A DNA stretch of 63,519 nucleotides, the filler included, from Octopus bimaculoides (lineage: Eukaryota): NCBI RefSeq assembly GCF_001194135.2. It is 6 parts of 5 records of this genome, joined end to end, with 100 filler letters (N's around TTAATTAATTAA, not from the genome) between each part and the next. Parts side by side here need not be neighbours in the genome. Positions count along the whole stretch, not along the records: positions 1 to 31,611 come from NC_068981.1; 5 more parts are not named here. One strand, given 5' to 3'. The notes under the pieces were generated by a model. The model did not search any database and had not been told where the DNA came from. It worked only from the letters and a program-made list of their open reading frames with translations. Of this stretch, positions 1 through 13,134 are shown piece after piece (within the stretch, counting starts at the first letter, position 1; each line of letters begins with the position of its first letter). The position numbers and the translations under genes were made by a program.

Positions 1-38
1 ATATATATATATATATATACATATGTATATATATAATA

Positions 39-243
39 GCCAGGCTCATGGGCCCGGTTTCCCGGTTTCAATGGCGTATGTTTTCCCCAGCTGGACAGAA
101 CGCCAGTCCACCGCAGCGTTACTCATTTTTGCCAGCTGAGTGGACTGGAGCAATGTGAAATCAAGTGTTTTGCTCAAGAACACAACGCGTCGCCGGTCCA
201 GGAATAAGAACCACAATCTTACGATTATGGTTCTCCGCGTCAC
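39..243 (-). mobile_element. tRNA-derived SINE, degenerate (head family shared with 23790-23985)
   Basis: Minus strand reads a B-box-like ...GGTTCTTATTCCTGGACCGGCGACGCGTTGTGTTCTTGAGCAAAACACTTG...TTGCTCCAGTCCACTCAGCTGG, i.e. a tRNA-like head plus a conserved SINE core. Confidence 0.65.
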
Positions 244-869
244 GTAAAAATTTCGTTGAAATATTGTTTAAAGGATTAAAGTAATTGTAGAAATAAAATA
301 TGAAATGTAACGTGAGAATTGTGATATATTGGAATTTGATATAACCACACATTCATATATTTATATGTATGTATATATGTATGTATGCTTAAACTATCGA
401 TGATGGCTTAACTGTCCGAAACTTCAAAGTAACTGTAAACTACATTCTTGTTAAGAATAATAAATTTGTACACTACAATAGTATAAAGTAACCCTTCAGC
501 TTCATGTAAAGCTATTTTTATAGCAGAATATATACATATATATATGCAGATAGAGAGAGAGGGGAGAGAGATGTATATACTTTATATTCAATATCTTTTG
601 TCGCTATAATATATATCTCCTCTTAGATGGTCAGTTGAAAGCTGCTATTCTTTTTATCATTATTTTCTGTTTATGAATTTATAAGTCATGGGCGTAAAAT
701 TTTAAAAGAATATCCGCTGAAAATTGTTGTAAAACTGAGTGTTTTGAGGATTATCTCCCTTCAACTACCTTGTAATCCCACTATTTAAGGTGGTCATACA
801 TATATAAACATATAAAGGGATATATACTTATAAATAAACACCTGAATAAAGGAATTTATACTTTTATGC

Positions 870-1773
870 TCTATGTGAGACAAACCCGTCGTAGTTAAGG
901 CTTCTGCCGCTTGAAATCACTTGATACAACTCTTTAGCATCAGTCTGCCTACCGGACATCGTCGAGTGATGTCGTTCTACCAGGTAGTGCGGCTTTGATC
1001 TGCAGAGCTTCTGTCCTATTTGTCGATTTTTGCGATGGCTGAAACGAAAGAACAGCGTACTGAGGCGAAATTGTGTTTTCTGTTGGGGCAAACGGCGGCC
1101 GAAATAGATGTTATGTTTCAAATAGCTTACAAGGATGTTACCATGAGCAAAACACAAGTTTACGAGTAGTTTTTACGCTTTAGAAATGTCCAATTTTCGC
1201 TTTGAAGACCAACGTCGGTTTTGAGCAAGGAATAGGAATTCCGAATGAAAAGAGNNNNNNNNNNNNNNNNNNNNNNNNNNNNNNNNNNNNNNNNNNNNNN
1301 NNNNNNNNNNNNNNNNNNNNNNNNNNNNNNNNNNNNNNNNNNNNNNNNNNNNNNNNNNNNNNNNNNNNNNNNNNNNNNNNNNNNNNNNNNNNNNNNNNNN
1401 NNNNNNNNNNNNNNNNNNNNNNNNNNNNNNNNNNNNNNNNNNNNNNNNNNNNNNNNNNNNNNNNNNNNNNNNNNNNNNNNNNNNNNNNNNNNNNNNNNNN
1501 NNNNNNNNNNNNNNNNNNNNNNNNNNNNNNNNNNNNNNNNNNNNNNNNNNNNNNNNTGTGCAGATGTGGAAGAGGAAAAGAAAGATACGACGGAGGCGTT
1601 AAAAGCATCACTTCGCAAGAGATCCAGGACTGCTTCGAATAGTAGAAAGTGCGTTTGAACTGATGCATTGCTTCAAATGCGTAATAGTTTGAAGGTGATA
1701 AAAGTGTAAATATGTAAAACTAAGTGAATAAAATAATATTGCAAAATTCCCGTTTCTTTTGGGTACCCCCTCG
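870..1773 (+). mobile_element. Mariner transposon relic spanning an N gap
   Basis: ATG at 1035 gives MAETKEQRTEAKLCFLLGQTAAEIDVMFQIAYKDVTMSKTQVYE*FLRF (mariner HTH). After the gap the C-terminus reads ...SITSQEIQDCFE...CIASN...FEGDKV. Right TIR ...TTTTGGGTACCCCCTCG is followed by TA at 1774. Left TIR not found, so the start is approximate. Confidence 0.85.
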
Positions 1774-1893
1774 TATACATATTCATATATAAATGTGTGT
1801 TTGTGCGTGTGTGTGTGTGTGTGTGTGTTTGTTTTCTATGTATATATACTTATATACATATATACTTGCATACATGTCAATACATATATACAT

Positions 1894-1943
<50 letters not shown>

Positions 1944-2799
1944 TCATACACATTCACACGCACGCGTGCGCACACGCATATATACAGCTTTTCCATTAAG
2001 ATAATACCAGAAAACTCGACGTGCTCAATCCGGTGCGGCTCAAACACGACCGTAGGAAAGTTGTTATGATAAGAGAAGTAAGTAATGCGAAGTTAAGGAT
2101 GACATCAAAGACACTAAATGAAAAGCCATTGGGAGCGGTACAAAGAAGCACACCAGCATGGAAATCATAAGAACTCTAAAATAGTGTCAGCATAAATACA
2201 AACAGCAAATTAATTCGCCTCTACGTTCACGTAAGAATAGCGCAGAGGCTCATTTGGCCGCAATAGGTACAGAGTGAACTGCACGGGCCACGAAAAATGA
2301 CAGACCCACTCGGTAATTCCTAATATATAATCAACTGCCATACCAATATTTCGTTGAATGTAACCTATTTACTGCAAAACAGTAACGGAAGTAATATTAT
2401 TTCCCTGTAAGATCTTGATACATACATTTAAGCAAAGTACATTGAACTGGCAGACACAAGTTTTGAATTATGCCGAGGCACACGTATCAAAATGTATTGT
2501 ATTCCGTACTTACATGAAAATGGTATTTCATTGTAACACTACCTTGTATATCTTTGAAGATGTCATGCATTTTTTGTTGTAATACACAACGTGGGTTTGT
2601 GATAGAGTAATACGAAATATGATCCAACAAGATGTAATTATAAAATAATTAACAACGATATGACTTTTGGTATAAATACTGTTTTTGTCGATATTAATAA
2701 TTTTTAAGACCACGGCCTGTTTGCTACATCAGTAATGAATAAAAACAGATAATCTGTATATTGTTGACGGAAGATTCGGCAGTTGTGTCGCTACTGTAT

Positions 2800-2958
2800 T
2801 TCTGTCACTGAGCCTTAGACCTCACTACGGGAAAGTATTGCCCGTACAGGAAGCCTAATGGGTATGCAGTATATATCCGCAAGAGCTCGAACCATCCTCC
2901 CGCTGTAAATAGGAACCTGGTTCCAGGCATTAGTAAATCACTATCTACTCTCTCGAGT
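2800..2958 (+). mobile_element. Penelope-like element RT C-terminal fragment
   Basis: From 2815 the frame reads LDLTTGKYCPYRKPNGYAVYIRKSSNHPPAVNRNLVPGISKSLSTLSS, matching the PLE motif LD.T.GKY.PYRKPN...YI...SNHPP. Confidence 0.8.
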
Positions 2959-2961
2959 CTG

Positions 2962-3540
2962 TAGTGATGATCGCCACCACCCCTTTCATTCGGGCAGGCA
3001 ATGCAGTCATCCTTTATCTGGTGGCTGTGGCGAAAGAGGTTCTTTGGTGGTCAAGGCTGAAATGCATGAGGACAGATACATTCCTCTTTGATAAAGCTGT
3101 CGTTAACTTCTTCAATTTTCACTTGTAAAGGAAATTGAGAGGGAAGAGCTGTCCTCGAGTGAGTTTTTTGAAAGGTTGGTGAAAGTTGCGAAAATGGTAA
3201 GAGTGAACGGTTAGACCTGTGAGTCGGAGAAAAGTAATTGGAGAGAACACTTGCTTCTTGGGTTTCGGGGAAATCTCGGACAGAGGATTCCTCGGTTATC
3301 CCTAGAGGCCTTCCTGTACCAGGGGGGCACATTTCTATTATTAACCCCGTCACATTGTCTTTATTTTAATCCTTTGTATGCTATGCACATGTCTTTTCTT
3401 TTTCAGTGCATGCCCTGTATACTTTCTTCCTTTCCTTTTTTTTTTTTTCTCATTTCATTATATGTAAAACGCAACACTTTATGTCTATCTTTGTATTGTC
3501 CGCCTTACACTTCAGCCTTCTGACAAATAAATGGAATCAT
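2962..3540 (+). mobile_element. L1-Tx1 LINE 3' end (ORF2 C-terminus, 3' UTR)
   Basis: AVILYLVAVAKEVLWWSRLKCMRTDTFLFDKAVVNFFNFHL*RKLR resembles a Tx1 ORF2 C-terminus. It is followed by a T-rich UTR, AATAAA at 3526 and a (TTA)n run. Confidence 0.7.
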
Positions 3541-3560
3541 TGTTATTATTATTATTATTA

Positions 3561-3612
<52 letters not shown>

Positions 3613-3732
3613 GTTGTTGTTGTTTTTGTTTCTTCTTCAAATTTCCTTCCATTTCTCGCCGAGTGTTTCCGTACACCTAGGGCAGAGAAACTCATTGTAT
3701 GCATTCCCAGTTTATACACGCAAATTCTCAGA

Positions 3733-3829
<97 letters not shown>
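3541..3829. repeat. Compound (TTA)n/(TTG)n microsatellites
   Basis: Two visible TTA-to-TTG tracts (3541-3625 and 3734-3829). Confidence 0.95.
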
Positions 3830-4021
3830 AAAGCGGCGAACTTGCAGAATTGTCAACACGCTGGCCAAAGTGCTCAGCGATTTTTGACCAGTAGCTACGT
3901 TTTGAGTTCAAATTCCGCTGGGGTCGATTTTACCTTTATTCTTTCGCGGTCGATAAAATAAGTACCAGTTCAACACTGGGGTCGTAATCGACTCTTCTCC
4001 AAAATGGTTGCTCTTGTTGAA
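3830..4021 (+). mobile_element. SINE family A (AAGGCGGCGAGCTGGCAGAA-type head)
   Basis: AAGCGGCGAACTTGCAGAA...GAGTTCAAATTCCGC...GGTCGATAAAATAAGTACCAGTT; homologous to 7392-7585 and other copies in the window. Confidence 0.85.
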
Positions 4022-4072
4022 CTATTATTATTATTATTATAATTATTATTATTATTATTATTATTATCATTA

Positions 4073-5259
4073 TCTCTTTATCACAGGCTTTGTTGGAGCT
4101 CCTGCAGTCTTGCATGCGTAGCAGGCGTACTACCTGCAGCTTACAGTACCATGCTTTTCATTCTTTTCAGCTATCTAATACTTTCCTGATTATTCTGGCT
4201 GTGCCAGTGAGTCAAACCTTTTGTAACATTTCTACTGGACACTGTAATCCAATTACCTTTATATTCCTCTTGATGCTTTGTGATACTGTTCCCAAGCACT
4301 AACAATAATTGGCACTATTTTCCCCTTCTTCATTTTCCATAGCTGGACTATTTCGTAATTAATAAGGTTGTATCTATGTATCTATCTCTCTTCCCGCCTT
4401 CATGCTAGGCTATTTGTGTGTCAAAGGGGCATGAAACGTCAACTACATAGCATATGTGTTGCACCTTGTCCACGACCACTAGGTCCGGCCTGTTATACAC
4501 TAGCACCCGATGTGTTTGGATTGGGGAACCCCAGAGGATTTTGTTAGTCTCTGATTCTGCCACTCTCCGTGGTTTGTGCTCATACCACGTCTTTCCTCTC
4601 TCTAGTTCCCACTTTTCGCAGTTTCCAATGCAGCACTTTCGTTACCTAGTTGTGTCGCCACAATTTGTATTGTTTTCGGGCAAGTCTAGAGTATTCGTTC
4701 GTGATATGGGCAATGGTTTCATCCACTCATCCACTCTATTGCAGATGCGACACAGCAGAGACACTTGCTCATTCTTCAGGTTGACCCTCCAGTTCTTTGA
4801 CAGAGCTTGGTGTTGCGCTGCCACTGTAGTGCTCTCGGTCTCCTTTTCTAGGGTTCCTTTCCTTAGTCAATCCCACCTATTTTTTCCAGCAACTTCTGTT
4901 GTGGCTACATGGAATTGATTGTGTAGTTCCTTCTTGAGTAATTCTTCTTCATGTCCTGTTTGTACTTATTTTATTTTTCCCTTTTTTTTTCTCTCTCTGC
5001 TCTCAATACTCCCTTCTACCTAAGTGACACTAGCAAGGTTTCCTTACTTTGGTTTAGGTAATTCATTAAGCTCTCGAGTTCGATACGCACGCAGTCTTCC
5101 ACACTTTTCAGTCCCCTTCCGCCACTTGCTCTCTTCAGTTTCTGTACGTGGATGATGGGCTTCATGCATCTCCTTCTGCTCTTCATCTATCCACTTGAGA
5201 ATTTCGGTACCGTACTGAACTACTGTTAATGCGCGCGAGTTTATTGCCTAAATATTCAC
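4073..5259 (-). mobile_element. 5'-truncated R4/Dong-like non-LTR retrotransposon with restriction-like endonuclease
   Basis: Minus-strand remnants in order: AINSRALTVVQYGTEILKW, SGGRGLKSVEDCVRIE, AAQHQAL..NWR...VSLLCRIC, QTHRVLVYNRPDLVVVDK, VDVSCPFDT, QLWKMKK..IVPIIVSA, LQK...TGTARIIRKVLDS*, then a (TAA)n tail. Confidence 0.85.
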
Positions 5260-5304
<45 letters not shown>

Positions 5305-5629
5305 CATCATCATCATCATCATAGCTTAACAACAAGACGATGATAGGAACATTGACGTTTCATTCTGCTAGTTTTCATCGAAGTGACTAACCGATTGAAA
5401 CTAAGGAGTCACTTTCACCCCTCCTCGTTTTAAAAGTTCTATGAATATGTACTCAACAAAATATTTTGAGTAATTCTTCAGCTTAATGTTATATTGTTTT
5501 AATATACGTGTACAGTTGCGATACGATAATATGTGTGTGTATCTATAAAACCGCCGAATATTTTATATTATTGTACAATAGCGTTGGGAGAACCATTCGA
5601 GTCCCACTCACAAATGCTTTACGGCATCT

Positions 5630-5800
5630 ATCTGAGTGTTATTCAACCTGGTTTGAAGTATACCTGATGTGGTGTTAGCTTTTCATCTTTCCGAGGTCAA
5701 TTAAGTTTGTAACACAATGTACCACTGAGTATATCGACTCGTATCGACACACTCAATTGTCACTCCCGCCAAATATTAGACTTGCGCCTCTTTAAGTAGT
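5630..5800 (+). mobile_element. SINE family A, degenerate
   Basis: TTTCATCTTTCCGAGGTCAATTAAG...GTACCACTGAGTAT...ATCGAC resembles the family A body. Confidence 0.5.
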
Positions 5801-6716
5801 CAATACTTATCTATGTATAAACACACAACCGCACGCCATTCATGTACGTATATATTTACAATATTCAATATTTTTTATGAAAACTATTTTCGTGATGGGT
5901 GTGTATGTGCGTGTGTGTGTGCTTATGTATGTATATCTATGTGCGTATTTAGATAAACAGATTGATAGATAAGGATTGCATAGACACACACACACACACG
6001 TATATATATATATATATATATATGGTGAGCGATGGAGAGAGTAAGAGAGCGATATAAATAGATGTATACGTACATATATGTACATATATATATATTATTT
6101 TACACACACACANNNNNNNNNNNNNNNNNNNNNNNNNNNNNNNNNNNNNNNNNNNNNNNNNNNNNNNNNNNNNNNNNNNNNNNNNNNNNNNNNNNNNNNN
6201 NNNNNNNNNNNNNNNNNNNNNNNNNNNNNNNNNNNNNNNNNNNNNNNNNNNNNNNNNNNNNNNNNNNNNNNNNNNNNNNNNNNNNNNNNNNNNNNNNNNN
6301 NNNNNNNNNNNNNNNNNNNNNNNNNNNNNNNNNNNNNNNNNNNNNNNNNNNNNNNNNNNNNNNNNNNNNNNNNNNNNNNNNNNNNNNNNNNNNNNNNNNN
6401 NNNNNNNNNNNNNNNNNNNNNNNNNNNNNNNNNNNNNNNNNNNNNNNNNNNNNNNNNNNNNNNNNNNNNNNNNNNNNNNNNNNNNNNNNNNNNNNNNNNN
6501 NNNNNNNNNNNNNNNNNNNNNNNNNNNNNNNNNNNNNNNNNNNNNNNNNNNNNNNNNNNNNNNNNNNNNNNNNNNNNNNNNNNNNNNNNNNNNNNNNNNN
6601 NNNNNNNNNNNNNNNNNNNNNNNNNNNNNNNNNNNNNNNNNNNNNNNNNNNNNNNNNNNNNNNNNNNNNNNNNNNNNNNNNNNNNNNNNNNNNNNNNNNN
6701 NNNNNNNNNNNNNNNN

Positions 6717-6789
<73 letters not shown>

Positions 6790-7391
6790 CTTCTTATGCT
6801 GCTAAGATTCCCACAAGTGAATATGATGTGTAAATCGTTTTCACCAGAAAATGTTCAACTTTCAATCACCCATCTTAAAATTTACTTGAGCAAATGACAT
6901 TTTCTCTACTTCATTCTTATGATTCAAATTATATTGCAAAATATTGATGAATGATATATTGAAAAGCTAAAGTATTTTCTTTTACCATTTTAACTGGCAC
7001 AATCATTTCGACATGCGGTGCAGTCACAAGGGAAGAATAACTATTTGAGCAACATCAGCAGAGAATCGATTCCATGCTTTCGTTTTCTTTATATGTTGAA
7101 CACAAAAACTATAGACCACAATGTGATGAGTAGTTTCCAAGTTCTCTTCATATCTCACATTTGGTGTAGCTGTGCATGAGGCAATCTCTGTCTCAAATAA
7201 TTTGGTTATTCTTTTAACGAGAGCAACAAAATGATAGAAATCCTGGGAAACATCATTAATACATTTTCTCTGGTATTTATGATTGATACAGTGTTTATTT
7301 CTCTCTCACTAATATCTAATGGACAATGAGGGTTTTCATTCTGTTGAGTAAATCACTAACTCGATCTAGTTATCGTTATAACTTTATAGAT

Positions 7392-7585
7392 AAGGCGGCG
7401 AGCTGGCAGAATCGTTAGCACGCTGGACGAAATGCTTGGCGGCAATTCGCTCATCGCTACGTTCTGAGTTCAAATTCCTCCAAGGGGTCACAATTTAAGT
7501 ACCAGTTGCGTACTAGGGTCGATCTAATCGACTGCCCACTCCCCTAAAATGTCATGCTCTGTGTCTATAATAGAAAAGATCATTA
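7392..7585 (+). mobile_element. SINE family A
   Basis: AAGGCGGCGAGCTGGCAGAATCGTTAGCACGC...GAGTTCAAATTCC...AAGTACCAGTTG...GGTCGATCTAATCGAC. Confidence 0.9.
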
Positions 7586-7940
7586 TATTTATACAAGACA
7601 TGCTAAGCTTTTTGCCTTTAGTTACCGAACAGCAGAATTACAATGTTTTTATTGAATATAGTTATACTTGTGTTATACAAACTCTGTCTTTGAAACTACT
7701 TATAAAGTTTTGCCAGCTTGCAACCTTACAAGAAATTAACGGACAACAACTTTCTGAAATAAAAATTTGACACTCTATATGATGCATATAGAACAGCTTA
7801 ATTTATATTAAGTTGTACCGAATACTAGAGTCGATTTCAAATAGAAATTCGTGATGTGAGCTACCTACAATTTTGAACACAACCACTTCAGTTTCTCGTG
7901 AAATTACAGCGTATCTGTATCTGCGCTAATTCATTAATTT

Positions 7941-8351
7941 ACTCATTTACTTGTTTCAGTCATTTGAGTGCGGCCATGCTGGAGCACCGCCTTTAGTCGA
8001 GCAAATCGACCCCAGGACTTATTCTTTGTAAGCCTAGTACTTATTCTATCGGCCTCTATTGCCGAACCGCTAGGTTACGGGGACGTAAACACACCAGTAG
8101 CGGTTGTCAAGCGATGTTGGTGGGGGGTGGGGGGGAAATACACACACACAAGCANNNNNNNNNNATATATATATATATATATATACATATATACGGCGGG
8201 TTTCTTTCAGTTTCCATCTACCAGTTCCACTCACAAGGCTTTGGTCGGCCCGAGGCTATAGTAGAAGACACTTGCCCAAGGCGCCACGCAGTGGGAATGA
8301 ACCCAGAACCATGTGGTTGGTAAGCAAGCTACTTACCACACAGCCACTCCT
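7941..8351 (-). mobile_element. SINE family B, near full length, with internal microsatellite
   Basis: Minus head GGAGTGGCTGTGTGGTAAGTAGC (A box)...GGTTCATTCCCACTGCG (B box)...CTTGGGCAAGTGTCTTCTACTATAG core; 3' end ...GACTGAAACAAGTAAA. Confidence 0.9.
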
Positions 8352-9858
8352 TAATTTGATAACAAGACAATCCGCAAACGTTTTCCTCATACCCTACATA
8401 CTCTCTCCTTTTCCATACACTTTTGTCAACACATAAATGTTCAAATATCTGGGCTTTCTTGTAGTAATATTGTTACAAGTTTTAAACTTGTGCCATGCTC
8501 TTCAGATAATGCATCTATTACAGCTTACCTTACATACCGTATAACTTACTCTTTTTTAGTTCTTTAATTGATTTTTTTTACAACAACGGTGAAGAAAATA
8601 AGATATGCGCTTCGACATTGTAAACACTTCTATAGTGTTCGACACATTTCCATTGATATATTGCTCCATTCCATGTTATATATCTTCAAGTTCAGTTGTC
8701 TCAGTATACACAGCTAAGAAACTCGAGCCGTCGCTAAAGCCGAAAGCTGGTTGTAAATATCTGACAATGTTCCTCCGCTTCACATTACTTTAAGAGTTGT
8801 TATCTAGTTGCTATTTTTTAAGCCAAATGAAATTTTTAAAGTCAAATGAAAGAAACTAAGAAATTGTCAGTGTAATTGATGTGACAAATTTCAGTTATTA
8901 TTCAAATGCTCTTTGAATTTATGATTAGTATTTTCATCAGGGTTCAATGTATACTAGTTATCTTAAAGATGTCATTGATGATGGAATCAAGTTATATTTG
9001 GGTATTTCTAACTTTTAGCTTCTGTTCAAAAGTATTTGCTTACTGTAATAGATATTGAACCACATCGATACATATTCGTTCGTATTATGATCGGTTAGTA
9101 TACGAACATCTCTGCTTTTATTACTTCTGTTGCACCGTATATATTTCTTTTTCATGAAACATAGAATTGTCAATACCAATATTGATATGTCTCTGTATAA
9201 TATGATTACATGCTGAGATCTATTTAGATATAACAACGAAAAGAAGAAAAGGAAGTTCAAGTAGAGAATTGCCTGAAAATATGGACGCAGTATCTGAAAT
9301 AATACCTCTAAAGACAATACCAAAATTAATAAAAAAAAAATCTATAGAAGTAATGTTGTGAGGAAACAGCTTATTTCATATATTCAAATCATTATTATAC
9401 GCAAAATATATTGTTGAAAACACATACATGTACAGGAATACCGTATGTGGACAAATAAAACAGAGCAGAACGGAATCCTGAATACAAGTAAAATAAAGCG
9501 AACTATAACTAATATTTAGTTATATTATATATTACGTGTGATAATATACATATAATTTATGGTTCAAATAACTTACAATCTTTCAAGTATTCACTCTCAT
9601 TCACTCACTTACTCACACACGCACACACACTCTCTCTATCTATCTATCTCTCCCCACTCTTCTCTCTCTCTCTCTCTCTCTCTCTTAAACACGCGCACGC
9701 GGACACAGACGGATATATGGAAAAACTAAATAAAAAATAAACTACGATTTGAAAACATAAAAGACAAATGACCTTTTTTTCATACAAACAAAAGGAAAAC
9801 TAAAGGACCTAAATAAAAAAAGCGAGATTTAAAAGCAAATCAACTACGTCCATAAATA

Positions 9859-10753
9859 CAGGGTGGCATCAAATAGGTTCCCGGACTACTTACATTTAAT
9901 AACAAAATAAGTAACTTTTGACATCATCTCTTTTAAAATATTCACCTTGCGTAGCAATACACTGGTCCAAGCCTTCATGCCGCTGTTGGAAACCGGACTG
10001 GAAGTCGTTTTCCGTAAGCTAGTCGAGGACCTTCGACGATTCGCTATGGATCTTGACAACAGTGCTAAAATGGCGATCTTTGAACTGCGTTTTCATTTTG
10101 GGAAATAGATGGGAGTACGCAAGTGTTAAATCTGGCGAACAGAGCGGATGTGGAAGCGATACCAGGTTGTTTTTTTCGCACGAAACTCACAAGTGGGGAG
10201 AGCACGGTAACAGGGAGCATTTTCGTTGTGAAGATTCCGATATTCTCTTCGCAAAAAACAGAACCAGCCGTTCCCTCAAACGCTTCAAAATTCGTAGTAG
10301 AACTCGCGAATGACTGTCTGACTCTAGGATGGGGGTCGAATTCTCGATGCCCAATACCACATTTCCGTTGGTGACGCTCGTGAGAGGTCTTCCACATTGC
10401 TCGTCGTCTGCCAGAGATTTTCTTCCGCTATTAAAGCGATCACGCCAGTCAAAACATTGCGTATGACCCATTGCCTCGTCACTGTAAGCTTGCTGAAGCA
10501 GACTTCCCAAGTTTAACGCAAAATTTCACGCCGGTTCTTTGTTCCAATTTCCTGAACATGACAAAATCGTAGGCTACAGCATCCATGTGATCACAGAAAT
10601 ACAAATTTCACAGCTTGCGAAAGTGAACACAGTGATGTCACTCGGCACACTGTCTCAAGAAGATCACTGCTAGCTCTCACTGCGCACGCAACCTTGGGAT
10701 GTCATCTGTTGACGTGCCACAGGCCTATTCCAGGAACGTTTTGGTACCACCTC
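9859..10753 (-). mobile_element. Internally deleted mariner transposon with degenerate TIRs
   Basis: ATG at 10559: MFRKLEQRTGVKFCVKLGKSAS..QAYSDEAMGHTQCFDWRDRFNSGRKSLADDEQCGRP. Later frames give LHNENAPC, PHPLCSPDL and CIATQGEYFKRD. Ends CAGGGTGGCATCAAATAGGTTCCCGGA and rc TGAGGTGGTACCAAAACGTTCCTGGA are related. Confidence 0.9.
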
Positions 10754-10930
10754 AAACATCAAATTATGACGGATCGAGTCGGGTTATGTAATGAATTTTG
10801 TAGCGTGAATCGGTTGTAACGATATTAAATAATGTAACGAGTGCTTCAAATGTAGTATCATAACAAAGCATACTCGTTATTCCGAGTGTCACAAATTAAA
10901 CCAAATTAAACGGAATATTTTATTATTAAT

Positions 10931-11226
10931 TTTTACTTGTTTCAGACATTAGACTGCAGCCACACTCGAGCACCATTGCGAAGAACTTTTAGTCGAATGA
11001 ATAAACTCTAGTCCATAATTATTTTCCTAAGCCTTATTATATCGATTTCTATTCTCGAACCGCTAAGTTACGAGACGTAAACACACCAGCATCCGTTGTC
11101 AAGCGGTATTGGGGGGAAAAACACAAACTAGACACACATATATACATATTTTATTGACTAATTAATATATATANNNNNNNNNNNNNNNNNNNNNNNNNNN
11201 NNNNNNNNNNNNNNNNNNNNNNNNNN

Positions 11227-11257
<31 letters not shown>

Positions 11258-11420
11258 TATAGGACAGGTTTCTTCCACTTTCCGCCTACCAAATCCACTC
11301 ATAAGGCTTTGGTCACCCCAACACTATAGCAGAAGACACTTGTCCAATGTGCCACGCAGTGAGACTGAACCCGAAACAATGTAGTTAGGAAGCAAGCATC
11401 TTACCACACAGGCACGCCTG
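10931..11420 (-). mobile_element. SINE family B
   Basis: Colinear with 7941-8351: CCGCTAAGTTACGAGACGTAAACACACCAG and ATAGCAGAAGACACTTGTCCAA...CTTACCACACAG. Confidence 0.85.
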
Positions 11421-12083
11421 TACTTGTTAAACAAGTCAAAATGAAATTGTCGCATTACATTCCTCTTAGGCACTGACACAACATGCAATACATACGAGAT
11501 ACTTTGGATAAATTCTATATGGTGCTGAGAAAAGAAAGGAAGAAAAATACAAACGCAAAGACACATGTGCATATATAAAGTTGGAAAATGACTAATAAGG
11601 TACTAAATCTTCAGCTAAAACAACTCAAAATTCAACAAAACAGTCGATATAAAAATAAAATGTCTAAACACAAACCAATAAATACATCACACCAGAGCGT
11701 GACATTTTAAAACAGTTAGTATTGCTGAAATGAAAGAAAGAAATACGGTTGACACCAGTACAAATATAATAAATGAACTCACAAAATGTAATGAAATTAT
11801 TACACTATCCAACCCATACGACCAAAGTTATTTTAACAAAACTAAACATGCAAAAACTTACACAAAAAGAACATCTAAATTAAAAATTCACAATTAACAC
11901 AACGAAGTTCTACGGAGATATATGTCAAAATGCACAATAAGTATAACCACGACTTTTCACGTGACCAATAGAATAAATCCCATCGAAAACATTTACGAAG
12001 ACTTAGCAGAAGCAATAAAGGGAAATATAACAGAACGCAATAACACCAGTCCAACTTTAACCCGAAGCAAACTATTTCACGAA

Positions 12084-12086
<3 letters not shown>

Positions 12087-12169
<83 letters not shown>
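12087..12169. repeat. (AT)n microsatellite
   Basis: Uninterrupted AT dinucleotide run. Confidence 0.95.
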
Positions 12170-12173
<4 letters not shown>

Positions 12174-13099
12174 ACAGGATCCTGCAAGATATTCTGCGTG
12201 CGTACTAAAACAAAAACCTGGATTTCTGCAGACATAACGATCGCTAGCAGCATTTCCTTTAATGGTTACTCAACTTGATCCCACTTAGTGAATTGTAGTA
12301 AAGAGGATCCAATATGGGAAGAGAATAAAAAGGACATAATGGCAGAAGTATAGATTAACAATAAAGAAGATTGCCTAGAAGCAAAAGAAATGCTAAATAT
12401 CAGCAAATCTAGAGGAGATAAGACGCTTAATATGCGTGGGATCATCTTCCAAAGAGAATAGATAATATGAATAAACTATGTGAAAATTTTACTGAAACAT
12501 TGACAAGACACCATGACAGTTACTGACACACCAACATTAACAGTGTATATAGTAATAATATTTTCAGCAGATTACAGAGCCAGAAAGGAAGAGGGAAGTT
12601 AATTAGCACCGCAAGCAACACTGACACTAAAGAGCAAGGAATTCAGCGTGAGATTATCTCCTTTCTTTTTTTTTTATTTTGCTCTCTGTTTTTGTTATTG
12701 TTGTTAGCTGCAAGTAATCTTCTGATCATTATTATGTCCTCTATAGATTAACACACTAATCGACCATGAACGCCGAACAGACACCACTGCCACCGCCGCC
12801 ACTGACACCGCCGTCACTGACACCGCCACCGCCAGCACCGCAGCTCTGTATACCGCGATGATTTTACGAGTGGCGGTAGGCAAGTCGTTTGACTCAAGCA
12901 CCTGACTATTACTCAACAACTTCATAGGTGCTAAAGTGTGAAAACTGAAAATTTGCAGTGCGGCTGTGGATTGCGTGTGTGTGTATGGGTCTATCGTATG
13001 TGGGGGAGTGTGAGCGTGAGAGAATGGTAGGTGCTGAGTTTTGTATATCTTGGTTGCATCTTTTTTTATTGGTGTTCAACTCTGAGAAGTATGATATAT

Positions 13100-13134
<35 letters not shown>

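Noticed and set aside
6800-9330. Stop-poor minus-strand stretches (e.g. AVIDALSEEHG, LAFQYIIHQYFA) faintly reminiscent of a NACHT-type NTPase
   Set aside because: No Walker A motif, multiple stops and frameshifts, and the resemblance is too weak to call without a profile search.
11600-12850. A-rich region and GC-rich CACTGACACCGCC-type repeats suggesting a LINE 5' end/ORF1
   Set aside because: No recognisable protein motif.
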